Shown here: positions 39,201-49,572 of the stretch, one piece after another
Position numbering within the stretch: the first letter of the stretch is position 1
How the letters are laid out: the number at the start of each line of letters is the position of its first letter
The notes under the pieces: model-generated
Databases searched by the model: none
Seen by the model: only the letters and a program-made list of their open reading frames with translations
Told to the model about the DNA's origin: nothing
Made by a program: the position numbers and the translations under genes
Assembly (NCBI GenBank): GCA_002633005.1
Contig: NMRA01000143.1
Coordinates: 749,402-813,401 of the forward strand
Origin: Phoronis australis
Lineage: Eukaryota; Animalia; Phoronida
Direction: 5' to 3'
DNA: 64,000 nucleotides

Positions 39201-39277
39201 TGTGCTTTAGAGCCGGTCGATTTAATCTGATTCATGTTGCTATCAATTTCGAAGTACTCCTGTTCGCCAGCCCTCAT
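11467..39277 (-). CDS. HCN: HCN/Ih hyperpolarization-activated cyclic nucleotide-gated channel, full coding span (9 exons, 1039 aa)
   Basis: HCN domain [15 protein letters not shown]...[15 protein letters not shown]4 [26 protein letters not shown], filter CIGYG, C-linker [31 protein letters not shown]. Exon lengths 1112+164+159+248+219+147+144+100+827=3120 nt, all GT-AG and in phase. Confidence 0.97.
14023..14122 (-). CDS. HCN: HCN coding exon 8 (CNBD beta-roll)
   Basis: ttcctag|[34 protein letters not shown]|gtgagt; this frame is not in the ORF track. Confidence 0.94.
14325..14972 (+). mobile_element. ~150-bp MITE copy 3, split by a nested ~500-bp insertion
   Basis: Left half 14325-14414 and right half 14921-14972 match 1780-1929; CTG flanks both ends. 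Confidence 0.75.
14415..14920. mobile_element. Nested TIR element (ACGGCGTTTT.CCGTT termini)
   Basis: ACGGCGTTTTTCCGTT at the left end and AACGGGAAAACGCCGT at the right; it interrupts another MITE; internal hairpin TCCCAACTTGTT...AACAAGTTGGGA. Confidence 0.65.
15987..16130 (-). CDS. HCN: HCN coding exon 7 (C-linker end, CNBD start)
   Basis: ttacag|[17 protein letters not shown]...[14 protein letters not shown]|gtaggt; the 3' boundary is ambiguous by 4 nt (see findings). Confidence 0.93.
17017..17163 (-). CDS. HCN: HCN coding exon 6 (C-linker)
   Basis: ggcag|[49 protein letters not shown]|gtagg. Confidence 0.95.
17608..17826 (-). CDS. HCN: HCN coding exon 5 (pore helix, CIGYG filter, S6)
   Basis: ctttag|[29 protein letters not shown]...[15 protein letters not shown]|gtacg; 219 nt, phase 0. 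Confidence 0.95.
18248..18770 (+). repeat. Interspersed repeat (probable non-autonomous DNA transposon), copy 1
   Basis: Colinear similarity with 40351-40860, e.g. TTGGCTA.TTTCGGA.CA.CATATC...GGCTGATCGG and GTCACGTGAC...TTTACTTTCAGAAAATA.ATA. Confidence 0.7.
18821..19068 (-). CDS. HCN: HCN coding exon 4 (S4-S5)
   Basis: cttag|GA; [32 protein letters not shown]...[28 protein letters not shown]|gtgcg. Confidence 0.95.
20472..20630 (-). CDS. HCN: HCN coding exon 3 (S2-S3 linker and S3)
   Basis: tttcag|GT; [53 protein letters not shown]|gtatt. Confidence 0.92.
20660..20769. repeat. 110-bp inverted repeat (mini-MITE) 30 nt from the exon 3 acceptor
   Basis: GGCAATAGTCGGATATAACATGCCCATATTTTGAGAACCA pairs with TGGTTCTCAAAATTCGGGCACGTTATATCCGACCATTACC. 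Confidence 0.8.
21568..21731 (-). CDS. HCN: HCN coding exon 2 (S1-S2)
   Basis: tttcag|G TTC TAT TGG GAC... gives [55 protein letters not shown]|gtagg; not in the ORF track. Confidence 0.95.
21894..22157 (+). repeat. 18-bp minisatellite (GATAATCGGGTAAYGCAA), ~14.7 copies
   Basis: Direct tandem repeat; explains the (QDNRVT)n and (YPIILR)n ORFs. Confidence 0.95.
22726..22926 (+). repeat. 39-bp minisatellite, ~5 copies
   Basis: Unit AAATCAGTCTTACACCTGAGTATTGATAGCTCTCTGCCG. Confidence 0.95.
23688..23819 (+). mobile_element. Two adjacent mini-MITE copies (CATGGGCGGCGCA family): one partial, one near-complete at 23749-23819
   Basis: Homologous to 57529-57613 and 29162-29212; no TSD evident. Confidence 0.65.
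26418..26490 (-). mobile_element. tRNA-like SINE head
   Basis: Minus strand: GTGGTGTAGTGGTAACGCA (A-box/D-arm) ... GTGAGTTCGAGTCTCA (B-box/T-arm); the acceptor stem does not pair. Confidence 0.55.
26820..26845. other. Assembly gap (26 N) with a duplicated 21-bp flank
   Basis: CATCGTCACTCAGGTTCCATT on both sides (26799-26819, 26846-26866); likely an unmerged contig overlap. Confidence 0.9.
27867..28146. mobile_element. GC-rich MITE, CAG.GGCGGAT family, 5-bp TSD AAATG
   Basis: CAGCGGCGGATCC...ATCCGCCACAG; AAATG at 27862-27866 and 28147-28151. Confidence 0.8.
28876..29092 (+). mobile_element. tRNA-derived SINE, copy 1
   Basis: GCCTAGTAGG / GGGTTCGATGC A- and B-box-like head; body AGACCCTTGAGTCA..TTTCTAGCT.CTCAGCT...TTCCAGG.GAT.AGTGCA...CACCTGA.CGACC shared with 53820-54003. 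Confidence 0.7.
29162..29212 (+). mobile_element. Truncated mini-MITE (CATGGGCGGCGCA family) followed by a purine-rich tract
   Basis: CATGGGCGACGCAGCACTGAAAA..GGGGGCTACAGCCCCCAGCCCCC. Confidence 0.6.
32729..32888. repeat. Four copies of the palindrome ACAGTAGGCCTACTGT in a degenerate ~45-50-bp tandem array
   Basis: Copies near 32731, 32774, 32825 and 32870; the intervening sequences resemble each other. Confidence 0.75.
34592..35143. mobile_element. ~550-bp MITE with ~50-bp TIRs (CCGGGGG.TCACTC.TATTGACAAG.TGCCCGC.GG)
   Basis: The left end aligns with the reverse complement of the right end through TACCAAAAA; internal TTGCGGG repeats. Confidence 0.8.
38166..39277 (-). CDS. HCN: HCN coding exon 1 (long low-complexity N-terminus plus HCN domain)
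   Basis: ATG at 39277 preceded by in-frame stops; contains SLYGTPK and the HCN domain; donor TTTAG|GTGAG at 38166/38165 (phase 2). The exon's acceptor TTTTTCAG| places its start at 39298. Confidence 0.92.
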
Positions 39278-40350
39278 TCTTTAATGCACTTTCTACACCT
39301 GAAAAAGCGAAAATGAGGTGTAAAGAGTTTTTCCTGCACGTAAACATACTGGGGGCGTTTGCTGCATTCCTGATCGGCAGGCTTTAGTCGCCACAGCATT
39401 CTGCGCAGTTTAAAAAAGTTTAAAAACAGGATATAAATACCACGATGTTCAGTGAGGTCCTTACACAGAGGAACTCTACTTGACGCCGCTACGAAGCATG
39501 TGGCTGGTTTTAAAACATCGATTTCTTTACTGGGCTATTTTCTCATCCAAAACGGCGTCATCTCATTGTTACCCTTTGTTTCTATTGATATTGCATAAGA
39601 TAAATCGCCTGCTGGCCATGTTACCTTGGCTACCGAAATTAACCCGTCGTGATTAGATATGAAGTAGTAACGACTTGCCAGCTCATCTCAAGCCTGACAA
39701 CAATTTTTATCATTGTAAAGAATAAGATTTCATAACTGTACTTGATATGTATCAAGACAGAAGGCGCGCACGTGTCCCTATTTGACTTAATTAAAATTCA
39801 CAGGACACTGCTTTATTACCGCGTTTTTCTATAGAATTGCGTTCAGAAATTTTACTTCGCACAAAGTTTGGAAGGTGTTCGCCAAATTGTGAATGCAATG
39901 TTGACTGTTCTTACACATGTCTACTGGTTCTATATTCTATGTTATTTGCATATATTTATAATATTACAATCCTTATTCATAATATCATGACGATATTTTG
40001 CGATATTATCATCATTATTACTTTTGTTTTGGTGATTATAATATCATAACTGTGGTGGTTCTACTATGGTTGAGGCTCAGCTTCGCAGACCGCGAAATGT
40101 ACACACGAATCTATTAGTTGGATACATTAGCAGAAACCGCGGCTTAACAAACTTAGCTGAGCCGAGAGTTAAAACAAACAGATGGTTCATTCTAATTGAT
40201 CCTACAGCATGCCAATGGTCTTGTTAATTGAGTTTATCAATACAGGCTAAACAGGTGAGACCGTGTGGAACCACGTTGCTCACTGTCTGAAGCGCGCACC
40301 GACGTAGCCAGAAAAGCACGTACTCATTTTCATGAACTTTTTCCTAAACT

Positions 40351-40860
40351 TAAGGTTACCTGTATGTATGTATGTACCTATAAAAATACCCAAAATTGGC
40401 TAGTTTCGGAGCACCATATCTCAAAAATGGCTGATCGGGGTCATACATGTTTGAAACTTTCAGACACCATGCGTTTATGCACTGTTGTCCAAAACGGACA
40501 AAACGATCGTTTAAAAAGTCCATTTTTGCTTGAGAGCCTATCATAGAAAGTATTTTATTGATTTTATGAACACACAAATTGCAAAAACGAAATGTTATTT
40601 CAGAAAACTGCCACAGCGTTTTTGAGACCTCATTTTAAACATTTTTCTCAAAAAATGTTCATGTTATTCAATCCGTTGTTTTGCTACCAGTTTTGTTTTA
40701 TGTTTTACTAAATTTTATTAAAAACATGGTCACGTGACCTAATTAATGAAAGATTGGCATAAAGTCAAAAATCAATTTTTGCAAGCTCTTTACTTTCAGA
40801 AAATACATAATTTTACGAAGTTCAAATCTGTGATTTTGTCGATATTGGCTAAATACGTGG
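40351..40860 (+). repeat. Interspersed repeat, copy 2 (homologous to 18248-18770)
   Basis: Colinear blocks shared with copy 1; a possible TIR partner TACAGGTAGCC lies at 41236-41246. Confidence 0.65.
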
Positions 40861-43800
40861 TGATATAGTTGACAATAGTTTTCTGAGCGTAACGAAACAG
40901 TTATAAACGTTTTCTCGTGCATTTGATCAAACACCGTCTAAAAGAGGTATACAACCATTTGTAGATTCTAATACCCCACGGGAAGTGGTTATTAGCTGCG
41001 CAAGTCCGAACTAGTGTGTTTAGTGAGAGTATTCCATACGTGCTTGATTTTATCATCTCTACAGAGAAATCTGACAAAAACAGAAACCCATGGTGCTTTA
41101 CAAGACTGCCTTATTATACTGTGGCGACCGGTCACCCACTTTGGTTCTAGGTACACGTATTGTCATCAACAGTCGAGTCCCAGTAACAATTTTTCATCGT
41201 TACTCATGCAGCTACCAAGGAATCGCAGCTACGATTACAGGTAGCCCTCTAACAACCCAGAATTTCAAAGAACCAACTGGATGGCAACACTTTTGGACCA
41301 TAGTTGAGGAAATTTGCTTTTGGAATTCGGTGTTGGCTCGTATTGAGCATTAGCAATGAAGTGGTGATTTTGGGCTGAAAGTTGTCCAGTTTGCGTCCTT
41401 GCCACCGCTTTTCGAAACCTCGCTTCCTCAGTTTTCCGTGGAAGTGAAAGGGACGCTACATGAGACAGAATGTGTTTTTCGATGTGAAATGACTCAAAAC
41501 ATTTTTTGTCATAGAATTTTCGACAGAGTGGAATAAAGGCGGCGTGTACACTGCCAGGCAGACCCGTAAGAGTGACCACATGTGGTTTGGTTGAATATAA
41601 ATTGGAGAACTCTCAGCGCCATCTCCTGAAGATAGGGCATGGCCCAAATTGTCAAAACTTAGGAATTCTGACGATGTGGTTCAGCACTGACAGCCGACAT
41701 TGTCGCAATTTACTCAAATTGTCACAGTAACTTCTGCGAGTGACAGCATGAAATTGTAGGCCCAAATTACAGCAACGTAAATCGTGTCATAGTAATAATA
41801 TATTTAGTGGTGAGGCGTACACAAGCTGTCGTCAAAATCCAAGTGTTCATATGCAGAGGACATAAATTTGAAGGTCATTTTCTCGTTCCAGTGACGTTCT
41901 ATGTTCTTTTTCATTGTAGGATTACGTAATCAAGTTTTTGGTTTAGAAGTAAAGTCCCAGAGAGAATTTATAAGTGATTATCTCAAAAAAGGTTTTGGCC
42001 CACAGAACGACGCTCGAAAAGTTTTTTGTTATTGATCTCGTTGTTTTGCGATATCTTAAACAAAATATTTGAGTACGTGACCAAAGTGGTAGGAGTTTGA
42101 TGTATATGCAAACCTCTACTTTGAAAATAAAAATTAGTTACAGAAAAGAAGCTATTGTTTTATTTATATTTGGATAATTACACACACTTGCCGATAAGGT
42201 CCTGCGTTTTCACCACAGCTTACCACACAACACTGTAACAACCGCCACCTGCCGTTGCGGATCCACAAGACTACAGAATACTTGAAATGCAGTTTTAAGA
42301 ATATTTGTGATCTACAATCTCTAAATGGTATTTACTTGTCACATTGGTGAACTGCAAGTGAAATTAACACATCGATTATTTGAGAATGTAGTGATATAGC
42401 AGTCTTAAAGTAATTTCGTGAAGCGGGACTCCGACAGATTCAACGCTAATATCAGTGAACTTACTCTTACCACAAACACCCACACTACGAACATGAGAAA
42501 GGAAATCTTCCGCGCACATTATCTAAACGCAGAGTACTACGCGCTATGCCCCCTAACAAAGTTGATTCAGATAAGCCTATAAGTAAGCGTTTCATCATGT
42601 CAACCGCCTATGCACGCATTCTCTGAGGCCCATGCGAGTATAGTGCATGGCGCTAAATTAGAAAATGAGAAACGCTTAATTGCAAAAACTCATTCAAAAT
42701 ATTTGAACAAAATGTGATCAGGTTCTAGGTAGATACGACATTTCCATGGACTCTGTAACATTTAGGAATATCCACGGCAACATAAAACACGAAGCAGGAA
42801 ACAGTCGAATAACAATACACTGGCAAATTAGCATACAAACTTATCCCTTAAGTCACCAGGTGGCGAGACCAATTCCACCACGAGTCGGGCCACTAAGAAC
42901 TGTCAAACAACAAGTGATCGAGGAAATCGAAGTATTTTGTGAGCCCGCTCAAAATAATTGGACAAAGAACCGTTTTAAACAGAGATCGAATGATATTTTT
43001 ACTTGCAAGGAAATCATTAGAATTGAAAACCAGTTACCAAAAATATAAATGGTCACATGGCATTGCTTTTGATGAGCGTATTACGAGATAATGTAGGCCT
43101 ACTACTGGCGACAACCATATGTTGCACACATGTACAGACGACTGTGACTCAATAACAGTAAGCAAATACAAGCAAGTGGTAGCCGAAATAAATGGCCCAT
43201 GGAGGCGCTCTTCCTTTCGGACAGGGCGGGGTTGTCATTTTTTAAGTTCTATAGTTATCCAGTGTACGCACTGTATTCAACAGATAGTAATCCTTAAATA
43301 ATATCCTAAATTCTGTATTCTCAGACTATACTATTAACTAATAAAGTCGTTGAAATAATAGTCAAGTGATCGACACACGGTGCTTTCAAACCAGCAAGCA
43401 ACAACCTCGTATACGTATAGCTTTTTGTCGGTTTGGCCACGCTTACACATGTACATGCGAGTTGAACGTCCGCCAACCAATTAATGCAACACGTAACTGC
43501 GGAGAAGAAATTCTGGCCTAAAGAAAGTGTTCATTTTAAATGTTGTTTATCCACGGATGATTAGAAAACGCATTCCGAGTCCTACACACATCATGGCGCC
43601 GTGAACCACGTATTAATTACATGTTCATGAAGATTTCCGGCAAAAACATCCGCTCAAAAATGCACGTAACCTGTCGTGAAAATGATGATAAACCCACGTC
43701 TTCTGTCAATAACAACTTTTCATGTACAATCGCACACTGTCATGAAATCGGTATCGTCTTGTCCTTTACTCCAATAAGACACGAGGTCTGTGATTGAGAA

Positions 43801-45096
43801 TATCTGACAGGTCGTTATTGCTTCAAACCAGGCGCAATAATTTTCTTGGCACGGTGGGTTAATTTCAGCCGCGAAAGCAGTAATGGCTACCAGGGGAATT
43901 CGAAGCGATTTAATGAAGTTCAATTTAAACAAAGGACAAGAACTCGATGACGTTGGTTTGGAAACGGAAATACGCTTGTGCAAAAGTTTAAGTTTAACAA
44001 CAACCAAAGTCTACACATGTAGTTCCCGAATTCAGTACCTACCAAAAAGAAAGGTCGAGTATTGGTGGAACACATGTTAGTCTTAATTTTGCGTATCAAT
44101 TGTTACATGTACTTGTGGGAGTTGCAAAACCCAAAGGAACGCAAAACTGCTTTACTGTAAAATCGACCCATTCCTGTTGTGCAATCCTAATAATTAACGT
44201 CGATTTTACATCTGACGATATTCCTGACCTGGGTGCGCGAACACCAACCTTTGCACAGACCCTTTACCTATACTCAGTGACTTTAACTCCCAACTCACTA
44301 ATATACTTAAAGGGACATTTTACCGCAAAAGCAACTTCATCCCAATCTGGTCGCGATCGGCAAAGTGGACTCTTCCGAGCTACAACTAGTGCCCTCGCTG
44401 AGCAGTTCTCAGGTATCGCTGATTCTAAATTTAGGTCTGACGTCATTTTACATCCGCTAGGAAGGCTGTGCAAAGTGTGCAAGTGTTTTCTTATGGGTAA
44501 ATAGCTTATTCTGAGTATTTGTACAAAACATTCTTTTGAGTTAATAAATTTTTATGTTGAAATCATATCATTTTTATGCCTGGGTTGGGTGGCCCCAGCT
44601 ACATATCTTTAGAATATAAATACTAATACATCATACAGAACTAAACAAGTAAACGAAAATCATAGTGTTTGGGCGTACAATTAACATGAGACAATTATAA
44701 AACCATAAGATTTTTATAAAAACGATAGAGGACGGGGAAGGGAAAGGATTTTTATACACTTATTCAGGCACACACTCGCTCGAGCTGAAATAACTAAATT
44801 TGTTTTGACACTTACATACATGAAATATTTTAAATTTTATTAAAATAGATGAAGAAGTGATACAGAGACGTTCATAGTCGCAAACAGAATAAATTTGAAA
44901 TTTGCAAAACATGGTTAGTTGGCACCCAAGTTTCGATGAAGTGTAGTCTTGACCTTGAGTATTTACGCTATTAAAGACTTCACTTTGCCAAATAAGCAAA
45001 CTACATGTAAAAGTCGTAAAGGGACGGTTCAATACGCCCGTTAAAAATGAAATATTGTAGGTAGTCCCAGAAACGTTGAACACAGAAGCATATGAT

Positions 45097-46781
45097 GGGC
45101 CGTTGGTGGAAAAGTGTCGTCTGAAAAATACGAGCGCAATTATGTACAATTACGCCGTTATTTACGCCGTTAATTACGCCGTAAAATTACGTGCGTAATT
45201 TAAATCTTTACGGCGTAAAATTACGATGGTAATTTAGTTTAAACTCTTAGCCAATGACGTTCGGTTTTACAACTCACGGTCGCGCGCGCTCATGTAAATA
45301 CTTATTAACTGCTTGGTTACGTGTCTACGCAACGAACGCTCAATCATGGCGAATCATTGGCTCGCCAATGTTCTCAAAACAGGAAGCCAATTCAATTATT
45401 TAAGATGTGTGCTCTTTAACAAATATCCCTTCGTAGCAATATTGCTTTTTCGCGTATGATAGGTTAACACTGATTGGTTTAAATTTGGAACGCTCTTAAG
45501 GTATTTTACGAGCGGAATTTAAGGTGACGTTTATCCCATTTAATTTACGAGCGTAATTTTACTGCAACACCTTTTCAATAGCTCACTTGCGAGTTTCTAG
45601 TTTGTCAACGTGACTTCACCTGAAGGAGGGCAAAACCCGCCATATTGCTCTTGTTTTGCCCCGAGTCTGTGCTACACACGCTAAATTTTACTGGAGTTCT
45701 TATGGTGAATTTTACGCTTAAAACGGTATCACAACTTAAGAGATGGTGGAAGTATCGTGGAACAACTGTGAATGGACGAAGAAAATATGAACTTGTTATG
45801 TTGTGCGAAGCTAGTGTAAACGGACTGAAATTGGAGCTCAACCCGGTCTAGGCCTGAATGCCGCAGGCATACAGGGGCCATAGTATATCCCCCAAAAAGT
45901 TACTCACTTCAAAATACAGCAAATAAATCAATTGAAATATGCATATTTTGTGCACATGGAGTTATAATTAACACATACCCTGTCTCTGGATACAATTTAA
46001 TCTTCAAATAACTTGAACATAGCCATGGAAACCTCGCGGTTCGCTGATTTCTCTCACCGGGCGCCATTTTGAGGAAGTTAGATGAAATCATGCCTGTTAA
46101 CGAACAAAAAGTCCAAGGGACACAAATTTTACAAATTTCACTTGATATTTTCTCATGCTATTTTGCAAGTGTCACGCGCCAGGGCACGCGCTTCGCTTAG
46201 TCTCGCGTTAGCCTTTGCCTCATACTCACCTGACTGAAATACACGTACTTCGTGGTTATCGCGCGCGCGGTCAAAGTTAACAGTAACCACAAAATGGAGT
46301 TGGAATTCTTCGCCTAAGTCACCTGATCCCCGTAGCTATGCTTCATCGAAGATACGTTTAGAAGCAGAAAGGATCACTGAAGAAAGCAAGCGCCTTGTTA
46401 GGTGATAATTTTAGGTGTAGAATGTATTTTTGACGAGATGAAAACTTAATCAGTGAGCGGATTTCGCCTACCGCCCGCTTAAAATACACGGGGCGAAATT
46501 AGTACAGAACGCGATAGAATGTATTGTATTGCGAATCTGAATTTCATTTGCCATAACAGCAATACTTGTTTGGCATTTTTCGGACAAAACGGTTAAAAAC
46601 TCGAAGTAAACAACACTCTCTTGGACAAATGGCCAAACGACAAGCTTTTGACCCACTTCCCGTGACGTCACAGTTAAGTCTCAGATAATCTCGCGTTATT
46701 GTTATAATCTCGCAAAAAGACTACTAATTTACGCTCGTAATTACCAGCGTAATTTTACCGAAAATTTCCACTCAACTGCCC
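45097..46781. mobile_element. Probable decayed TIR DNA transposon with AATTACGCCGT/TTACGAGCGTAA subterminal repeats
   Basis: GGGCCGTTGGTGGAAA versus the reverse complement of the right end, GGGCAGTTGAGTGGAAA; related TTACG repeats inside both ends; no TSD seen. Confidence 0.5.
45702..45851 (+). pseudogene. SAP-domain-like coding remnant, probably transposon-derived
   Basis: MVNFTLKTVSQLKRWWKYRGTTVNGRRKYELVMLCE resembles the SAP pattern LTVxELKxxLKxRGLxxxGxKxELV; stop follows shortly. Confidence 0.45.
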
Positions 46782-49473
46782 ACGATAGAAGCGGCTGTAA
46801 AACAAATGTTGAAAAATCTGTACCTGACGTCACAGTAAACGTCATTGGACGTCTTGCGCAACACCAACAATAAATAACATCTTGATTGCATTGGTTCGTT
46901 CGTGGATAAAAATATTGAAATATTATCAAATTTGTGTTCGTCGGCAAGATCAATGGACGACTGCAGAGTTTTTATTTCGCCTTCTGTGCGGTAAATAAAG
47001 GGCACGTGGTTATCTGGTTTCAAATAAAACTTGTGTATCAACCCCATTTTAACCAGTGGGTTGGATCTATTGATGAACAAATTTATGATATGAAAGTATT
47101 TATGCATATTAAGAGAAGTTTTAGTAAAAACACGCAAACTGTGAATTTAATGGCCTCAGTCAAATTACATTATGGATTTTATCCCATACGCTTTGAAAAA
47201 GTTGAGTGCAATACGACCATGTATTGTTTTCCGTATCGTACTCCAGGGTCTTTTGCCCTCTGGCAATGGTAGGTCAATGTCAACTCGACGTCGTTAGCCG
47301 GTTCGATCACTAAACGTTCCCCAAATAGTTTAAAGTAATAAAATTGCATCAGTATAAATACCAATCAACATGCAATCAGGTCCCAAACATAACATCTGTT
47401 ACAAAACTGTTAATTATAACACACTTCTGTTTTATTTGGTAAATATTTTATCGTCTGCACCTCAGACGCCGTTTCCTCGGTAACTACAATGTTAAATATT
47501 GTTGTTACTGACATACAGTGTATTTTCAGGAAATTTTACAAGTTCAATGCACATTTATGGTTGTTTTCATCTTTGTTACCTCTTTTCAAGTAAAAAATCG
47601 CCACATTTATAACTGTTTCTTTTACTAGACGAAACTAGTAACAAAACGCGCAAGTACTGAGATGTGATCCGCCACGAGAACAGTTTCAAAAAATCGGCCT
47701 AAAAATGAAAGAGACTTAAGAATTTGAACCGTACGGGATAAATGCAAACGTACCTCGCATGGCGTAGATGAAATAATATCCCATTCGACATTATTCCCCG
47801 TACCGACCTCGACCTTCGGTCTCGGTACATTTTGTGTATTAATTCTCAAGAATGCTTGGTAGCGGTCTGGGGATTTTCGAGCAATTTTGTCCACATCAGG
47901 AAGTCACATTTTCTCAGTTTTTCTTGGAAAACCGAGAACTACTCACAATTATTTTGAACATTTCTGGTTGTTAGTAATATTTTAAGCACAAATCCCACTG
48001 CAAATTACACGTACTTTAACGGTGCAGACGTGATTGTGTACGGCATTTGGCAGCCTGAATTCGTTGAATGCACTATCGGGTTGTCTTGTTGAATGGATCT
48101 AATTTGCATACGGCATGTGGTCATTGTGCACATATTATCTGAAACTGTGGACGACAGTTATGGATTTTTAAGTGCTGTTATTTACTACTGTTGATTAAGA
48201 TCGCGATATTTAGTGAGTGTACACGTACATGCAGACCAGATCTCTTTTGAAATAGTTTACACTTAGCAGCAATAGTGATTGCCAATTTCGTCGAAGCCTG
48301 TTAATGGATGAGCCACTCAGAGGCCACCACTGGAAGAGCCCAACAGACGAGGGAACTGTAGATGGAGCAAAACCGAAAATAATGCGCTTGTCTTGTAAAA
48401 TATTGAAAATAATTGCAGGATACCAAAGAAGTTGTAAACAGATTAGGTATTAGTACAACCTAAATAAGCTGAGTAAAAGGTGAGATGTGATTTTACAAAA
48501 ACATACTCTTGATATATAGTCATCATATAGCCTCCATTTTATTCACCTAATCACGTAGTTTATGTCGCTACTACTTGTGTTCGCTATTGACAAGGTCCAA
48601 CAGTGACAACAACGAATTTGCGTGTTGTGCACCTCCTTCCGTGTCAGAACTAACAACTAAAGAGCGAGTCAGTTTTATGTATTGGCCCAGAAGTAGAGTC
48701 ATGAGTTATGTTCATATTATTTTGCCGGTTCAGACTTAAAATGGAACTTGCACGCTAATTCCTTATCTCTGTGATTGCGTGGTAAAATTAGTTAGAAACA
48801 CAACATGCATGTATGGCGATGATGGGAATATGAAATAGGTTGAAAATTTCTAAATATTGTTAAGAACGAGTTTGGTGTCGAAAATGATCCGCCGTAAATC
48901 ACTCAACCGTGTTCAGTAAGTATTGTGAGATGTTGGGGAAGAACACTGCTTGATGCTGGCTACGGGAGCTCCTAAGGTACATTGTGAACATCATTAGCGC
49001 AAAAGTCACCTATTTGCAGAATTTTTTGTTTTCACATTTACAAGTTGTCAATGAATAGAACTGCACTTTGTTTTGCGAGATGATGTTCATTGCTTAGTTC
49101 CTGCTTCACATTAGCATGCAAATACATCTTCAATGACAACCATTGTAAACGTATTGTACGAACAGTTCTAAAAATTACGTGTGCGCAACTGCATCTTATG
49201 AATTTAGACGTTGAGTAAGATATTGAGTATCGGTGCAAGTGAATTAGACAAATCACTGTTTTAACCATCACCACGATGCTCAAATAAAAATTTAAATACT
49301 TGGCGTGGCGAATTACGATGTGGTACTCCAGCGACACCATAAGCTTTCACAGCTAAATGTAAACATGTGAAACACGAAGGACAGTGGATGTATTCTCATG
49401 TCCGTTGACGACATAGGGCTAACCTGTTGCTCCTTAGCCCGTGCCCTGGGGTTTACATATAGGATATCCCACA

Positions 49474-49572
49474 TACATGGAAATACTACTGCCACATCCT
49501 ATCGGTCTCCTTGGGACATTCCCAGATGAAATGAACTCGAGATAGGATATCGCAGGAGTATTCTTACATGTA
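49474..49572. repeat. ~100-bp imperfect inverted repeat
   Basis: TACATGGAAATACTACTGCCACATCCTATC pairs with GATAGGATATCGCAGGAGTATTCTTACATGTA. Confidence 0.6.
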
